From contig CANJVR010000001.1 in assembly GCA_947478395.1 (NCBI GenBank), positions 448,001 through 512,000 on the forward strand: DNA of 64,000 nucleotides, written 5' to 3'. Numbering within the stretch: position 1 is the stretch's first letter; every line of letters starts with the position of its first letter. Position numbers and translations under genes: made by a program. This document shows positions 23,664-33,858 of the stretch, piece by piece. The DNA is from Opitutia bacterium. Lineage in GTDB: Bacteria; Verrucomicrobiota; Verrucomicrobiia; Opitutales; Opitutaceae. The notes beneath the pieces were generated by a model. It saw nothing but the letters and a program-made list of their open reading frames with translations. It had not been told where the DNA came from and made no database searches.

Positions 23664-25546
23664 TGATGCAATTCGCCCTGCCCCACGTCCTCTGGTGCCT
23701 CGCGCTGCCGATCGCGCTGCTCGTGTGGGAAATCACCCGCGCCCGGCGCGCGGCCGATTTTTCCCAGCCGAAAATTCTCCGGGCCGAAGCGGGGGCTGAT
23801 TCGCTTCAGCTGACGCCCGCGCGTTACTCGATGCCCGCGCACGCCGCGCGCGCCCGCCTCTTTTTTTGCGCCGGACTCTCGCTCGCCATCGTGGCCATCG
23901 CCCGGCCGCAATGGGGCCGCATCGACGAACCCGTTTTCGATCAGTCGCGCGAAATTATTTTGGCCGTCGACCTGTCCCGTTCGATGCTCACGCCCGACGT
24001 GAAACCATCGCGGCTCGATCGCGCTAAACTGCTCATTCAATCCCTGCTCGAGCGCCTCGCCGGCGAACGCATCGGCCTGATCGTGTTTTCCGGCACGGCT
24101 TTTCTCCAATCGCCGCTCAGCTCCGACTACGAGATTCTCCGCGAGTTTCTGCCTAATCTCGGTCCCGATTATTTGCCGGAAGGCGGCACAAACTACACGG
24201 ACCTGATCCGGAGCGCAGTCTCCGCCTTCAACCACAGCTCGGCGGCAGACCGTTTTCTCATCGTTCTGAGCGACGGTGAAGCCACCGACGACACGTGGAA
24301 ACCGCTGGTGGAGGAGTTGAAGAAAAAAAACATCCGCGTCATCTCGCTCGCCATCGGCACGGCCGCCGGCGGCATGATCCCTGACGGCACGGGCGGCTTT
24401 GTGAAAGATGATCGCGGCGCGGTCGTGCTCTCCCGGCTCGAGCCCAACACGCTGCGCCAACTCGCGGACATCACGGGCGGCACCTATCGCGACGCCAGCG
24501 CGTGGATCGATCTCGCGGCGCTGATTCAATCCACCGTTGAGGCCGGCCAGAAGGGCAAATTCGTGGAAAAAAATTCGGTGCGTTTCGTCGAGCGCTTTCA
24601 GTGGCCGCTAACGGCCGCACTCGTGTTCTTGTTGCTGAGTTTCTGGCGTGAATTTCCCGTTCGCCCAAAACCCCGCCTTCTCGTGCTGGGCCAGCCACGC
24701 CCATCAGGAGCATCCTCCGGTACCGCAGCGCCGCCGATCCTGGCCGGCCCCGCCGCCTCCGCCTTGTCGTTGCTCCTCGTCGCGCTGGCCACGCTCGGTT
24801 CACCCGTGCCGATCCAAGCCGCCAGTCTGCAGCCGCGGTCGTCGCCGGGCGAAAACGCGCCGGCCACGCCCGAAGCGATCGCTCTCACCAAAATCGTGAC
24901 ACGGCTCGCCGGTCAGCCGAGCCAATCAGCTCGAGACTGGGCGGAGCTCGCCCTCGACACGGTCACGTGGGGCCAGCACCTGCTGACCGCGCAGCAACCG
25001 GTCGCGCCGGGCCCGGTCGAGGACGCACTGGCGGCGGTCGCGCTCGGCTCGGTTCAGGACCCGAAGACCGCGGACTGGACCGCGTTGCGCAGCCAGCTTC
25101 AGGATCTGCTGAAAAAACCGGACCAGCAAAAACAAGATCAGGATAAGCAGGAAAAAAACGACCAGCCACAGGACAAGGACCAGCAGCAGCAACAGAAACC
25201 GGATCAGGACCAGAACCAGGAGAAAAAAGACGAGAACTCCCCGCCGAAAGACGCGCCAGAAAATCAGAACGAGAAAGCGGCGGAAGGAAAGCAGGGGCAG
25301 AAAGCGTTCGGCGACATGCAGGAAAAGCCATCGTCTCCGCCTCCCCCTACCCCTCCGCAAGGTGACACCCAGAAGGCGGGCGGCGCGCCCGAGAAAAAAT
25401 CGGATGAGCCACCCGTCGACCCCGCCCTGGCGATGCCATTGCAAAAACTCGACCAGCTGCGGACGCAGGATTCCCCGGCCAAACTTTTCCGATTAATGCA
25501 GGGCGATCCCCAGCCCGCTCCCGCCAACAAAGGTAAAAACTGGTGA
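23663..25546 (+). CDS. batB: BatB-like VWA protein with Gln/Asp/Lys-rich tail (BatC-like C-terminus)
   Basis: IARPQWG, DLSRSM, PSRLDRAK, LSDGE, ERFQWPL, Q-rich low-complexity region, C-terminal KNW; translationally coupled to batA. Confidence 0.8.
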   Translation: MMQFALPHVLWCLALPIALLVWEITRARRAADFSQPKILRAEAGADSLQLTPARYSMPAHAARARLFFCAGLSLAIVAIARPQWGRIDEPVFDQSREIILAVDLSRSMLTPDVKPSRLDRAKLLIQSLLERLAGERIGLIVFSGTAFLQSPLSSDYEILREFLPNLGPDYLPEGGTNYTDLIRSAVSAFNHSSAADRFLIVLSDGEATDDTWKPLVEELKKKNIRVISLAIGTAAGGMIPDGTGGFVKDDRGAVVLSRLEPNTLRQLADITGGTYRDASAWIDLAALIQSTVEAGQKGKFVEKNSVRFVERFQWPLTAALVFLLLSFWREFPVRPKPRLLVLGQPRPSGASSGTAAPPILAGPAASALSLLLVALATLGSPVPIQAASLQPRSSPGENAPATPEAIALTKIVTRLAGQPSQSARDWAELALDTVTWGQHLLTAQQPVAPGPVEDALAAVALGSVQDPKTADWTALRSQLQDLLKKPDQQKQDQDKQEKNDQPQDKDQQQQQKPDQDQNQEKKDENSPPKDAPENQNEKAAEGKQGQKAFGDMQEKPSSPPPPTPPQGDTQKAGGAPEKKSDEPPVDPALAMPLQKLDQLRTQDSPAKLFRLMQGDPQPAPANKGKNW

Positions 25547-28122
25547 CCACCCGCATGCCGCGACGCTTTGCTCAAATCCTCTTGTTCCTCGGATTCGTCG
25601 CCGCCGCGACGCTGCACGCCCAGGGCGTTCACTGGGATCCTGCGCGCGGCAACCTCGCGGTTGGTCAGGCCGCTGAACTCCAGCTCGTCTTCGAGGGCTG
25701 CACCCCGGATCCCGAGGTCCGCCTGCCCAAAATTGATGGTCTGAGCCTAGAACCCATCGGCCGAACGGTCAGCACCTCGATTATCAATTTCAACCGCTCC
25801 GACAGCGTCACGATCACCTACACCGCGCTGCTCAGTAAAAAGCAATCGGTCACCATTCCGTCGTTCGAGATCAACACGAACAAAGGCAAAGTCCGCACGA
25901 CAGCCGTCACCTACGAAGCGGTCGACCCGACCGTCGGCTCGACGGGAGTTCCTCTGGATACCGTCGCCACGGGTCGTTTGGTGACGGCGCCGTCGAGCGT
26001 GTGGGCCGGGGAGGTATTGAATCTGCAATACACCATCGAAGCTTCGCACAATAACATGCCGGATTTTGGCCGCGGCGTATTCGAGTGGAACGCCGAGCCG
26101 CTCGTCACCGAGGAATGGTCACGACCGGAGCCGGTCAATTCCCGCACGGGCGCCGATGCCCGCGACGGTCTCATCTACCGCACCCGCGCCATCGCGCGCA
26201 ACCCCGGGGCGATACGCTTGAACGCGGTCCACCAGCTAATCAACCTTGCCGTTGGCGTAACCGGCTTCGGCTTTTTCCAGCAGCGCCAGTACCAACAATT
26301 TTCCGTTCCAAGCTCCGCACCTCTGCTGGAGGTGAAGCCGCTGCCGCCCGCGCCCGCCGGCTTCACGGGAGCCGTGGGGGCGTTGAAATTGGAATCCAAG
26401 GTCGTGCCCCTGACCGGCGGCGTGGGTGAACCGATCACCTGGACGCTGCGCCTGAGCGGCACCGCCAACTGGCCGGACGTCAGCGGCCTCCCCGCGCGCG
26501 AAGTCTCCAAGGATTTTCAAATTGTCTCGCCGCAAGCAAAGCGCACCCCGGTCGAGGGAAAACTTTTTGAGGGCACCCTGGCCGAGGACGTCGTGCTCGT
26601 TCCCACCAAGCCGGGCACCTACACACTCGGTCCGCTCACGTTCGCTTATTTTGATCCCAAGAGCGGCGCCTACAAAACCATCACCACGCCGGCTACCACC
26701 GTCACTATTACTCCGCCGACCGACGTCCCCAACCCCGCGACGCCCGCAAATCCCGCCACCGTTGCCGAGCAATCCGCAGCTCAAAACTCAAAAGCAATCC
26801 CTCCTCCGCCTCCCTTGGGACTGCCTCGCGACCCGTTGCCCGGTGCCGATGTCGTCACACCGCCGATGAGTGCCGTCCAACTCGGGCTGCTCGTACTTTC
26901 GCCCTTCGCTTCGCTCCTTCTGTTCTGGCTGTTCTTGGCCCTGCAACGCGCCCGGGTAACAGATCCTTTCCGGGCCCGCCGCGCAGCGCACGCGCGACTC
27001 ACCACTCTGCTCATGCAAATTCGCCAGGGCGAGGTTCAGCCTTCGGTCCTCCGCGCAAAACTCCTCGAGTGGCAGCACGACACGGCCTTCCTCCTGCACA
27101 TTGCTCACGCCGCGCCCACGCCTGCCGTGCTCAACGCAAAACTCGCCCCGCCCAATCCTAAAATCGCGGCGCTCTGGTCCGAATCCGACCGCGCCCTTTA
27201 CGGCGAAAACACTCCGCTCCCCGCCGACTGGCCCGAGCGGGCCGCCGGCATCCTGGCCGACACCGCCGTGCCCCGCTTCGCTCCGCTCGGACTCTTTCTA
27301 CCGCGCAACTTATTCCCCTTCTTCGCGCTGATTCTCTGTGCCGTGATTTGCGCGCCTCGCCTCCTCGCCGAAGCCAGTGCTCCGCCGCAGAACTTAAAAC
27401 CCATCGCGGGCATGAAAACCCCTGAGGTCGTCATCGACCCGGCGTTGGCCTATCGCCGCGGAGATTTCGCGGGTGCCGAAAAAGCGTGGCGCACGACACT
27501 CGCTTCCGCGCCCACCGACGCCATCGCGCGCCACAACCTTTCCCTGGCGCTAGCGCAGCAGGATCGCTGGGACGAAGCCGCCGCCCACGCCGCCGCTGCC
27601 TTTGTGCAGCTCCCCTCCAGCGAGCCCATCCGCGCTCAGTTCGCCCTCACGGCGGATCGTTCCGGCCACGTCCCGGTTCCCCTCACGGGCTTCCTCAACC
27701 GCGGTCCCCTCGAATCGATCGCGGCGCTGACTTCGACAACGGGCTGGCAGTACACGTTGGTCGCGAGCGCCGCGCTCGTGGCCCTGGCCCTCGCGTGGTT
27801 ACTGCACCGTAGCTACGCCAATCAACCCGTCGCGTGGCCGCCCTTCGCACTGCTCGGATTGAGCTTCGTCATGGCCCTCATCGCGATACTCGCCTGGCAT
27901 GGCTATGGTGAAACGGATGCCCCCCGGGCGGCGATCGTCTGGCGCGCTGGTACGCTCCGTTCGATCCCCACCGAAGTCGACACCACGCAAAAAACATCGC
28001 CCGTCGCCGCGGGTGTCGTCGGTGTCGCCGACCAAAATTTCCTCGGTTGGCAGCACCTGAAATTTGAAGCGGGCCAAGCCGGTTGGGTTCGTACGGACGA
28101 GGTGGTGCCGATTTGGAAATGA
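25543..28122 (+). CDS. batD: BatD-family protein with C-terminal TPR/SH3-like (BatE-like) region
   Basis: Signal peptide, LEVKPLP..GFTGAVG, GEPITWTLRLSG, FAYFDP; C-terminal AYRRGDFAGAE..HNLSLA TPR, two TM segments, GWV end. Confidence 0.78.
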   Translation: MTTRMPRRFAQILLFLGFVAAATLHAQGVHWDPARGNLAVGQAAELQLVFEGCTPDPEVRLPKIDGLSLEPIGRTVSTSIINFNRSDSVTITYTALLSKKQSVTIPSFEINTNKGKVRTTAVTYEAVDPTVGSTGVPLDTVATGRLVTAPSSVWAGEVLNLQYTIEASHNNMPDFGRGVFEWNAEPLVTEEWSRPEPVNSRTGADARDGLIYRTRAIARNPGAIRLNAVHQLINLAVGVTGFGFFQQRQYQQFSVPSSAPLLEVKPLPPAPAGFTGAVGALKLESKVVPLTGGVGEPITWTLRLSGTANWPDVSGLPAREVSKDFQIVSPQAKRTPVEGKLFEGTLAEDVVLVPTKPGTYTLGPLTFAYFDPKSGAYKTITTPATTVTITPPTDVPNPATPANPATVAEQSAAQNSKAIPPPPPLGLPRDPLPGADVVTPPMSAVQLGLLVLSPFASLLLFWLFLALQRARVTDPFRARRAAHARLTTLLMQIRQGEVQPSVLRAKLLEWQHDTAFLLHIAHAAPTPAVLNAKLAPPNPKIAALWSESDRALYGENTPLPADWPERAAGILADTAVPRFAPLGLFLPRNLFPFFALILCAVICAPRLLAEASAPPQNLKPIAGMKTPEVVIDPALAYRRGDFAGAEKAWRTTLASAPTDAIARHNLSLALAQQDRWDEAAAHAAAAFVQLPSSEPIRAQFALTADRSGHVPVPLTGFLNRGPLESIAALTSTTGWQYTLVASAALVALALAWLLHRSYANQPVAWPPFALLGLSFVMALIAILAWHGYGETDAPRAAIVWRAGTLRSIPTEVDTTQKTSPVAAGVVGVADQNFLGWQHLKFEAGQAGWVRTDEVVPIWK

Positions 28123-28266
28123 GGCGCGGAATTAAATCCACCGCGCCCTGCGGCGGCACCGTTTCAAGAGGGGATTCCCTGAAATCGGATTAGGTGCGGC
28201 GGGATTGATTTCCCCATCGAGAGGGGTGGCGCGCAGGGCGGGGTCGGTTCAGGTGCGAGCCGCGCC

Positions 28267-28818
28267 TCAACCCACCAAATTCGTCTTCCGCACCATGCGC
28301 GCCATCGACTCTTCCGGGTTGAGCCGCGCCACATCCGCGAGCAGCACCCAGGCCAGTTCTTTCGATTCACTCGCGGCGCGTACCAGCGGCTCGGTCGGAT
28401 CCGCTTCGATCACAAAGCGGAGATCGTAGTGCCAGTGCGCCGGCTCGGTTTTACGCGCGGGAATCCAGTGCCGGTCCACGTCGAAAATCTCCGGCGTGAC
28501 CAATCGCAGCCGGGTCAGACCGCTTTCTTCCCGGGCTTCGCGCATGGCCACCGCCGCGAGATCGCCGTCGCCATCGGCGTGGCCGCCGAGCTGAAGCCAT
28601 TTGTTTAACTTCAGATGATGCGTGAGCAAGGTGCGCTGCCGCCCGGCGTCCACGACCCAAGCCGAACCCGTGAGATGTCCCGGCGCACAAGTCCGCCGCA
28701 AACACGCCGGCTCCGCCGCCACAAATTTCAGCGTTTCGGCGAGCATCGCCGCCTCATGCTCGTCGAGCATCGGCGAACGATACGCGCGCAGTAATTTCAG
28801 GACTGGTTCACGGTGCAT
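28267..28818 (-). CDS. NUDIX hydrolase
   Basis: GHLTGSAWV, Nudix box GGHADGDGDLAAVAMREAREESGL, HWHYDLRF. Confidence 0.9.
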   Translation of the reverse strand: MHREPVLKLLRAYRSPMLDEHEAAMLAETLKFVAAEPACLRRTCAPGHLTGSAWVVDAGRQRTLLTHHLKLNKWLQLGGHADGDGDLAAVAMREAREESGLTRLRLVTPEIFDVDRHWIPARKTEPAHWHYDLRFVIEADPTEPLVRAASESKELAWVLLADVARLNPEESMARMVRKTNLVG

Positions 28819-28830
28819 GCGCGTTTCGCC

Positions 28831-29412
28831 TCACCGCGTCTCGAACCACTTCGACTCCGTCTTCGCCTGGCGCGCGATTTCAATCTGCGAAAAAATTTCC
28901 GGGACGGTCGAGGCCACCCGGAAGAGTTCCAGGTTGGAGGGTTTGAAAAACTTATCCTGCAACATGCGGTCGAACAGACGCAGCAAGTCGTCGTAAAAAC
29001 CATCTTGATTCAAGAAGACGCACGGCTTCTTCACGACGTCGAGCTGGCGCAGCGTGAGAATTTCCATGATCTCCTCCAGCGTACCGAAGCCGCCCGGCAG
29101 CGTCACGAAGGCATCGGCCCGCGTTTCCATCAGCAGCTTGCGCTCGCGCATGGTGATGACCGTCACAAGTTCGTCCGCTTCGTCGAAGGCGAGTTCGCGG
29201 GCTTTCATGAATTCTGGAATGACTCCGACCACGCGCCCGCCAGCCGATTTTGTCCCGCGCGCCACGGCGCCCATCAGTCCGGTCTTTCCGCCGCCATAAA
29301 CGAGCCCCCAGCCTTCCGCGACAAGCCGTTCGCCAAGCTCCGTCGCGGCCTTGAAATATTTGGGATCGAGCCGGTCACTCGAGGCGCAGTAGACGCACAG
29401 CAGTTTAGACAT
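28831..29412 (-). CDS. LOG family (TIGR00730-type) nucleotide phosphoribohydrolase
   Basis: LVYGGGKTGLMG, MRERK, PGGFGTLEE. Confidence 0.92.
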   Translation of the reverse strand: MSKLLCVYCASSDRLDPKYFKAATELGERLVAEGWGLVYGGGKTGLMGAVARGTKSAGGRVVGVIPEFMKARELAFDEADELVTVITMRERKLLMETRADAFVTLPGGFGTLEEIMEILTLRQLDVVKKPCVFLNQDGFYDDLLRLFDRMLQDKFFKPSNLELFRVASTVPEIFSQIEIARQAKTESKWFETR

Positions 29413-29498
29413 GATTTCTTTGAACCGTTAATCTTCGCTGGTTCACGCTAATTGTTTTGGCGTTTTCAAAGTTTAGCTGTGATTAGCGAAGTTCAGCG

Positions 29499-30362
29499 GT
29501 GAAAAATTCTGTTCCCCTCTATCGCGGCCGGCTTGCTCCCTCGCCCACCGGGCACCTGCACCTCGGTCACGCGCGGACTTTCTGGCTGGCCGCCGAGCGT
29601 GCCCGCGCAGCGGGCGGAGCCTTGCTTTTACGCAACGACGACCTCGATGCCGTGCGCTTCCATCTCGATTTCGTCGCCGCGATGATTGAGGACCTCCACT
29701 GGCTCGGTCTGACTTGGACCGCGCCCATGATTTCCCAAAGCGAACGCCTGCCGATCTATCGCGCTGCGCTCGCCCGCCTTCACGCCGCAGGCCACATCTT
29801 CCCTTGCACGCGTACGCGGCGCGATGTGTTGGACGCGATTGGTGCACCCCATGAAGGCGGTGAAAACGACGAACCGATCTATCCGCCGCAGTTTCGGCCG
29901 CCGGCTGACGCCGCGTTGCCTCCACTTGCCGATGCGCTCGACGTCAACTGGCGCTTCCGGGTGCCCGATGGCGAGACCCTGGCCTTCGACGACGCCGCGC
30001 TGGGCCGGCAAACGGCGTCTGTCGGCCGCGACTTCGGGGATTTCCTGGTTTGGCGCAAAGACGGCGCACCCAGCTATCAGTTCGCGTGCGCCGTCGACGA
30101 CGCCGACCTCGGCATCACCGAGGTCGTGCGCGGTGCCGATCTCGTGAAAAGCACCTACCGCCAACTTCTGATCCTGCGCGCCCTCGGTGCACCGGCCCCG
30201 CGCTACTACCACGCCAGTCTCGTGCTCGACGAAAATGGCGTGCGTCTCGCCAAGCGGCATGACGCTCTCAGTCTGCGTACGCTGCGTGCGCGCGGGGTAG
30301 ATCCGGGCACGATCATCCAGAAATTCTCCGAAGAGTTAACCGAGGTGACCGAGAAAGATTGA
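29499..30362 (+). CDS. gluQ: Glutamyl-Q tRNA(Asp) synthetase
   Basis: YRGRLAPSPTGHLHLGH, YQFACAVDD, VVRGADL, LAKR; lacks the anticodon-binding domain. Confidence 0.9.
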   Translation: MKNSVPLYRGRLAPSPTGHLHLGHARTFWLAAERARAAGGALLLRNDDLDAVRFHLDFVAAMIEDLHWLGLTWTAPMISQSERLPIYRAALARLHAAGHIFPCTRTRRDVLDAIGAPHEGGENDEPIYPPQFRPPADAALPPLADALDVNWRFRVPDGETLAFDDAALGRQTASVGRDFGDFLVWRKDGAPSYQFACAVDDADLGITEVVRGADLVKSTYRQLLILRALGAPAPRYYHASLVLDENGVRLAKRHDALSLRTLRARGVDPGTIIQKFSEELTEVTEKD

Positions 30363-30399
30363 ACCTCGCTCCGTTTCCTCCGTTACCTCCTGCAACGAA

Positions 30400-30924
30400 A
30401 TGATCCGTATCGGCGTCCTCAATATTTCCGACCGCGCTAGCGCTGGTATTTACTCCGACGAGCCCGGCCAGGCCTGCGTCGCGCTGCTGCGCGAGTGGCT
30501 GAGCACGCCGTTCGAACTCGACTACAAGATAATCCCAGACGAGCGCCCCGTCATCGAAGCCGAGCTCCGCCGGCTCGCCGATGAAGCGGGCTGTGCATTG
30601 GTCGTCACCACCGGCGGCACCGGCCCCGCCCCGCGCGACGTCACGCCCGAAGCCACGATCGCGGTGTGCGAAAGAATTCTGCCCGGTTTCGGCGAACTCA
30701 TGCGGGCGACTTCGCTGAAGTACGTGCCGACCGCAATCCTGTCGCGCCAGACCGCCGGCACCCGCGGCCGCACGTTGATCGTGAATCTCCCCGGGCGGCC
30801 CAAAGCGATTCGCGAAAACCTCGAGGCGGTTTTCCCCGCGATCCCGTATTGCGTCGATCTCATCGGCGGACCGCGTCTCGAGACCCACGAGTCGGCGATG
30901 AAAGTTTTCCGGCCGAAGAGCTGA
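30400..30924 (+). CDS. mog: Molybdopterin adenylyltransferase
   Basis: ISDRASAG, TTGGTGPAPRDVTPEAT, AILSRQTAG, NLPG, PYCVDLIGGP, FRPKS. Confidence 0.95.
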   Translation: MIRIGVLNISDRASAGIYSDEPGQACVALLREWLSTPFELDYKIIPDERPVIEAELRRLADEAGCALVVTTGGTGPAPRDVTPEATIAVCERILPGFGELMRATSLKYVPTAILSRQTAGTRGRTLIVNLPGRPKAIRENLEAVFPAIPYCVDLIGGPRLETHESAMKVFRPKS

Positions 30925-30997
30925 AGTGCAGCGCGGAGCTTCCGTCCGCGTTCCGAAACTCAAACCGAGGACGAAGCCTCGCGCTACGTCGGAGGGC

Positions 30998-31351
30998 TCA
31001 ATCGTTCCGCCATTCGGCCGGCAGGATCGACTCCGGTCCGATGATGTACACCCGATAGTAGAGCCAGAAAATCAGCGCGCCCAATCCCAGCAGGAAAAAA
31101 ATCTCCCCGAGTTCGCCCGCCCCCCGGCGGCTGCCGCGATGCAGCAGGCTGACGAGTTTTCCGATGGCCGGCGCTACCACGAAACCCACGAGCGAACCGC
31201 CGAAAAGAACCATCGCCATGATCGCGCCCGTCCGCAGCAGCGGATCGCCCAGCTGTTTCGTTTTATAGCTCACCAGCTCGACGGAAAGATTCAACAGGAG
31301 CAAACAGCAGGGCAGCACGTAATAGTCGCGAACGACGGCGGTCTTTTTCAT
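30998..31351 (-). CDS. Hypothetical membrane protein (3 TM)
   Basis: 117 aa ORF with three hydrophobic segments, fills the gap between neighbours. Confidence 0.65.
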   Translation of the reverse strand: MKKTAVVRDYYVLPCCLLLLNLSVELVSYKTKQLGDPLLRTGAIMAMVLFGGSLVGFVVAPAIGKLVSLLHRGSRRGAGELGEIFFLLGLGALIFWLYYRVYIIGPESILPAEWRND

Positions 31352-31425
31352 GGCGGCGAAATCCCCGTCACTTGATCATTCCACTGCTTGCGCGAAAGCG
31401 AATTCTAAACAACCGTCCGTTTTTC

Positions 31426-31872
31426 ATGATCAACTACAGCAATCCCGACCTGACTCAACATCCTCCTCGTAGCATACGCGTCCGTCTCGGCGGGTACATC
31501 CACCTTTGCCGGCTGCTCGACAAAGCCCGGGCTACTTTGGCCGGCAAGGGCGGCGAGTATCACTACAACTGTCCGCTCGACCAACTGTTCTTCACGTTTA
31601 CCGGCATCGGCCAGGAAGCCATGCTCGCAGAAATCAAGACCGGCAAAACCGACGTCGAGATTCTCGAGTGGGTCAGCACCCAGACCAAGCGCTTGCCGCA
31701 CGAAATTGTTGCGTGGTCGACATGGGCTGAACTTGAAGGCCCCGGCGGCGAGGAAGGCCACGAATGGGTTGCCAGCGTGATCAAGGGCCACAAGTCGAAG
31801 CGCGACGACATCCATTCGTTCGCCGACCTCCTCGATTTTGACGATTTCCTATCCTACGGCGGAAAAGCCTAA
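31426..31872 (+). CDS. DUF5069 family protein
   Basis: DLTQHPPRS..LGGYIHLCRLLDKARA..GEYHYNCPLD, LLDFDD. Confidence 0.8.
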   Translation: MINYSNPDLTQHPPRSIRVRLGGYIHLCRLLDKARATLAGKGGEYHYNCPLDQLFFTFTGIGQEAMLAEIKTGKTDVEILEWVSTQTKRLPHEIVAWSTWAELEGPGGEEGHEWVASVIKGHKSKRDDIHSFADLLDFDDFLSYGGKA

Positions 31873-32109
31873 TAAGGCGTTAACCGGGATTTCGGATTTC
31901 TGAGAAATCCGAATCAAATTCACGGCGTCCGTCGTTGCAGCCAATGGCACCGGCGGGCGGGCCGCCCCGCCCCCGCGGCTTCGACGTTGCCCGCTGAACG
32001 ACCTGGGGCGGCATGAGGACATTCCAGCCCATCGACCAGCACGCGGCAACGTGTCCGCCAGACTTGGATCGGGCCGCTGCAGCGTATCGCCGTCTTCCTC
32101 GGCTACCTT

Positions 32110-32421
32110 CTACTCGCCGACCGGCGGCGACAGTTTTTTCTTCGGTCGCGGTTCGGTCCATAACCGAATAATCAACTCCGCTAAATTCTTCATGCTGATG
32201 CGCTGAAGGCCTTCGTGCATCGCCGCATCCTTAAAGGGTGCCGCGACCGCACTCCGCTCCAGATAGTAACGCCACAACTCTCCCTCCAGTTGCGATGTCG
32301 CCACCCTGTCGTCACCCGTCTGGCGCACGATAGAGCGAACCTTTTCCACCCAAAAATGTCTCTCGTCGCGATGCCCTTCCCAATAATCGAACAACCGTTG
32401 TTCAGATCGATTAAGACTCAT
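32110..32421 (-). CDS. Conserved-looking hypothetical protein
   Basis: MSLNRSEQRLFDY..ERHFW..LWRYYLERS..SMKNLAE; protein-like composition. Confidence 0.7.
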   Translation of the reverse strand: MSLNRSEQRLFDYWEGHRDERHFWVEKVRSIVRQTGDDRVATSQLEGELWRYYLERSAVAAPFKDAAMHEGLQRISMKNLAELIIRLWTEPRPKKKLSPPVGE

Positions 32422-32538
32422 CCTGCCACCGTGCTTTCGCGCGCGTCGAAAACAACCGCAAAAAGCCTTTTGTCACAGTGGCGTTGCATTTAAGACGGCT
32501 TCCTGAATAACCTTTCGCCCTTCAACCAACTTACTTCC

Positions 32539-33351
32539 ATGTGGCAAAAACTGAAAGAACAACTCCTCGTCATTCTAGTTATCGTAATCGTCGTCGTCGG
32601 CTCGGCGTACTGGCTCAACCAAAAGACCATCCTCGACCTGAACACGCAGCAGGACCTGAAGCTGGCGCCACTCCGTGAACAAAATGACAAGCTTTCGGCC
32701 GCCAACGAAGAAACGCGGCGGCAGCTGGATGCCACAAACAAGCTGCTCAAGGACGCCGTCGCCAAGCGCGAAGCCGATATGTTTCGCACCGATGAAGAAG
32801 TCCAAAAGCTCAACGCCGAACGAATGAACGCCCTGGCTGACGCCATCGCGAAAAAAGTTCAGCCGTACAACCCAATGCCGAAATCCGCCGAGGAAGCGGA
32901 GAAAATGCAGAACGACCAAGTGGACAAAGTGTCGTCCCGCATGGCCGACAAGATTCAGCCCATCCTCGCGGAAATGTCGAAGGACCAAAACCTCACCCGC
33001 GATTCCATCGCGAAGTACAGCGAACGCATTTCGGATCAAATCGGTTCCGTCCTCACTGCGGAACTAGCGAAAAATCAGCAGCTGAACAACAATCTGCAGC
33101 AAACCCAGGCCGCGGCGCAGGACGCGATGAAGCTTTCGCACGAAATCACCGCGCTCTATCTGAGTTCATTCAAGGATCAGGGTCTGATCACCCGTCTCCT
33201 CACGCTCCCAGCCAACATCGTACGTGATGCCGCCAGCATGAGCATCGTGTCGGGCAGCGACCGCAAAAAAATCGAAGAGGACATCGTGAAGAAGATGAAT
33301 CAGATCGAGAGCCGCCTCAGTGAAATTCAGGCGCAGGCGCCGAAGAAGTAA
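32539..33351 (+). CDS. Membrane-anchored coiled-coil hypothetical protein
   Basis: N-terminal TM segment, then a long helical K/E/Q/A-rich region; followed by a terminator. Confidence 0.8.
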   Translation: MWQKLKEQLLVILVIVIVVVGSAYWLNQKTILDLNTQQDLKLAPLREQNDKLSAANEETRRQLDATNKLLKDAVAKREADMFRTDEEVQKLNAERMNALADAIAKKVQPYNPMPKSAEEAEKMQNDQVDKVSSRMADKIQPILAEMSKDQNLTRDSIAKYSERISDQIGSVLTAELAKNQQLNNNLQQTQAAAQDAMKLSHEITALYLSSFKDQGLITRLLTLPANIVRDAASMSIVSGSDRKKIEEDIVKKMNQIESRLSEIQAQAPKK

Positions 33352-33382
33352 GCGCGCTCCGAACCTCCAACTCATCACCCTC

Positions 33383-33414
33383 AGCCACGCGAATCGATCG
33401 CGTGGCTTTTTTTT
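33383..33414 (+). terminator. Rho-independent terminator
   Basis: AGCCACGCGA-ATCGA-TCGCGTGGCT stem followed by a T-run. Confidence 0.8.
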
Positions 33415-33429
33415 GCCCAAGTTCTAATC

Positions 33430-33600
33430 CGTGCTTACTACCAGCGCTGCGAAGAGATCCTCGCCGACGAATGTCCGATCGCACCCATCTATTTCAACCG
33501 CCGCAACAACCTGCGACTGCCCGCGGTGAAAGGATGGGACAACAACCTCCTAGACGTGCACATGCTCAAAGGCGTCTATCTCGATCCGACGGAGAAGTAG
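33430..33600 (+). pseudogene. Orphan 3' fragment of an OppA-like substrate-binding protein gene
   Basis: Reads RAYYQRCEEILADECPIAPIYFNRRNNLRLPAVKGWDNNLLDVHMLKGVYLDPTEK*; no in-frame start codon upstream of this segment, which begins just after the terminator. Confidence 0.65.
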
Positions 33601-33665
33601 GCCAAGAAAGCGTTTAAAAAGATACTTTCCGTTAAGGGCGATTTGAGTTTTCCCATGGCCGTTTT

Positions 33666-33830
33666 GTGGAGCGGCAGGCATCTCTGCCCGCCGGGTTCGG
33701 CATCCTCATTTAGGCAGGCCGGGACGCCTGCCATTACGCCATTAGCCGCGACGCTTTTGCTCTCGCGAAAGCCGTGAGGCTTTCGAGGCGCTTCCGCAAC
33801 GCTCACGCGTTCCGCTACCGGGAAATTCGG
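33666..33830. repeat. Cluster of REP-like (GTAG-type) palindromes
   Basis: GGCAGGCATCTCTGCC ... GGCAGGCCGGGACGCCTGCCATTAC, then GAAAGCCGTGAGGCTTTCG ... AACGCTCACGCGTTCCGCTAC; the latter unit recurs inverted at 50571-50641. Confidence 0.55.
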
Positions 33831-33858
33831 ATTCGAGACGTTCAGGCAGCGCCGACCG

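Noticed and set aside
25110..25330. Repetitive CAG/GAC/AAG-rich tract
   Set aside because: Encodes the Q/D/K-rich linker of the BatB-like protein; no constant repeat-spacer structure, so not CRISPR
31891..31913. Perfect inverted repeat TTCGGATTTC-TGA-GAAATCCGAA after the DUF5069 gene
   Set aside because: Single copy between convergent genes with no clear U-tract; may be a terminator, but the evidence is insufficient to call
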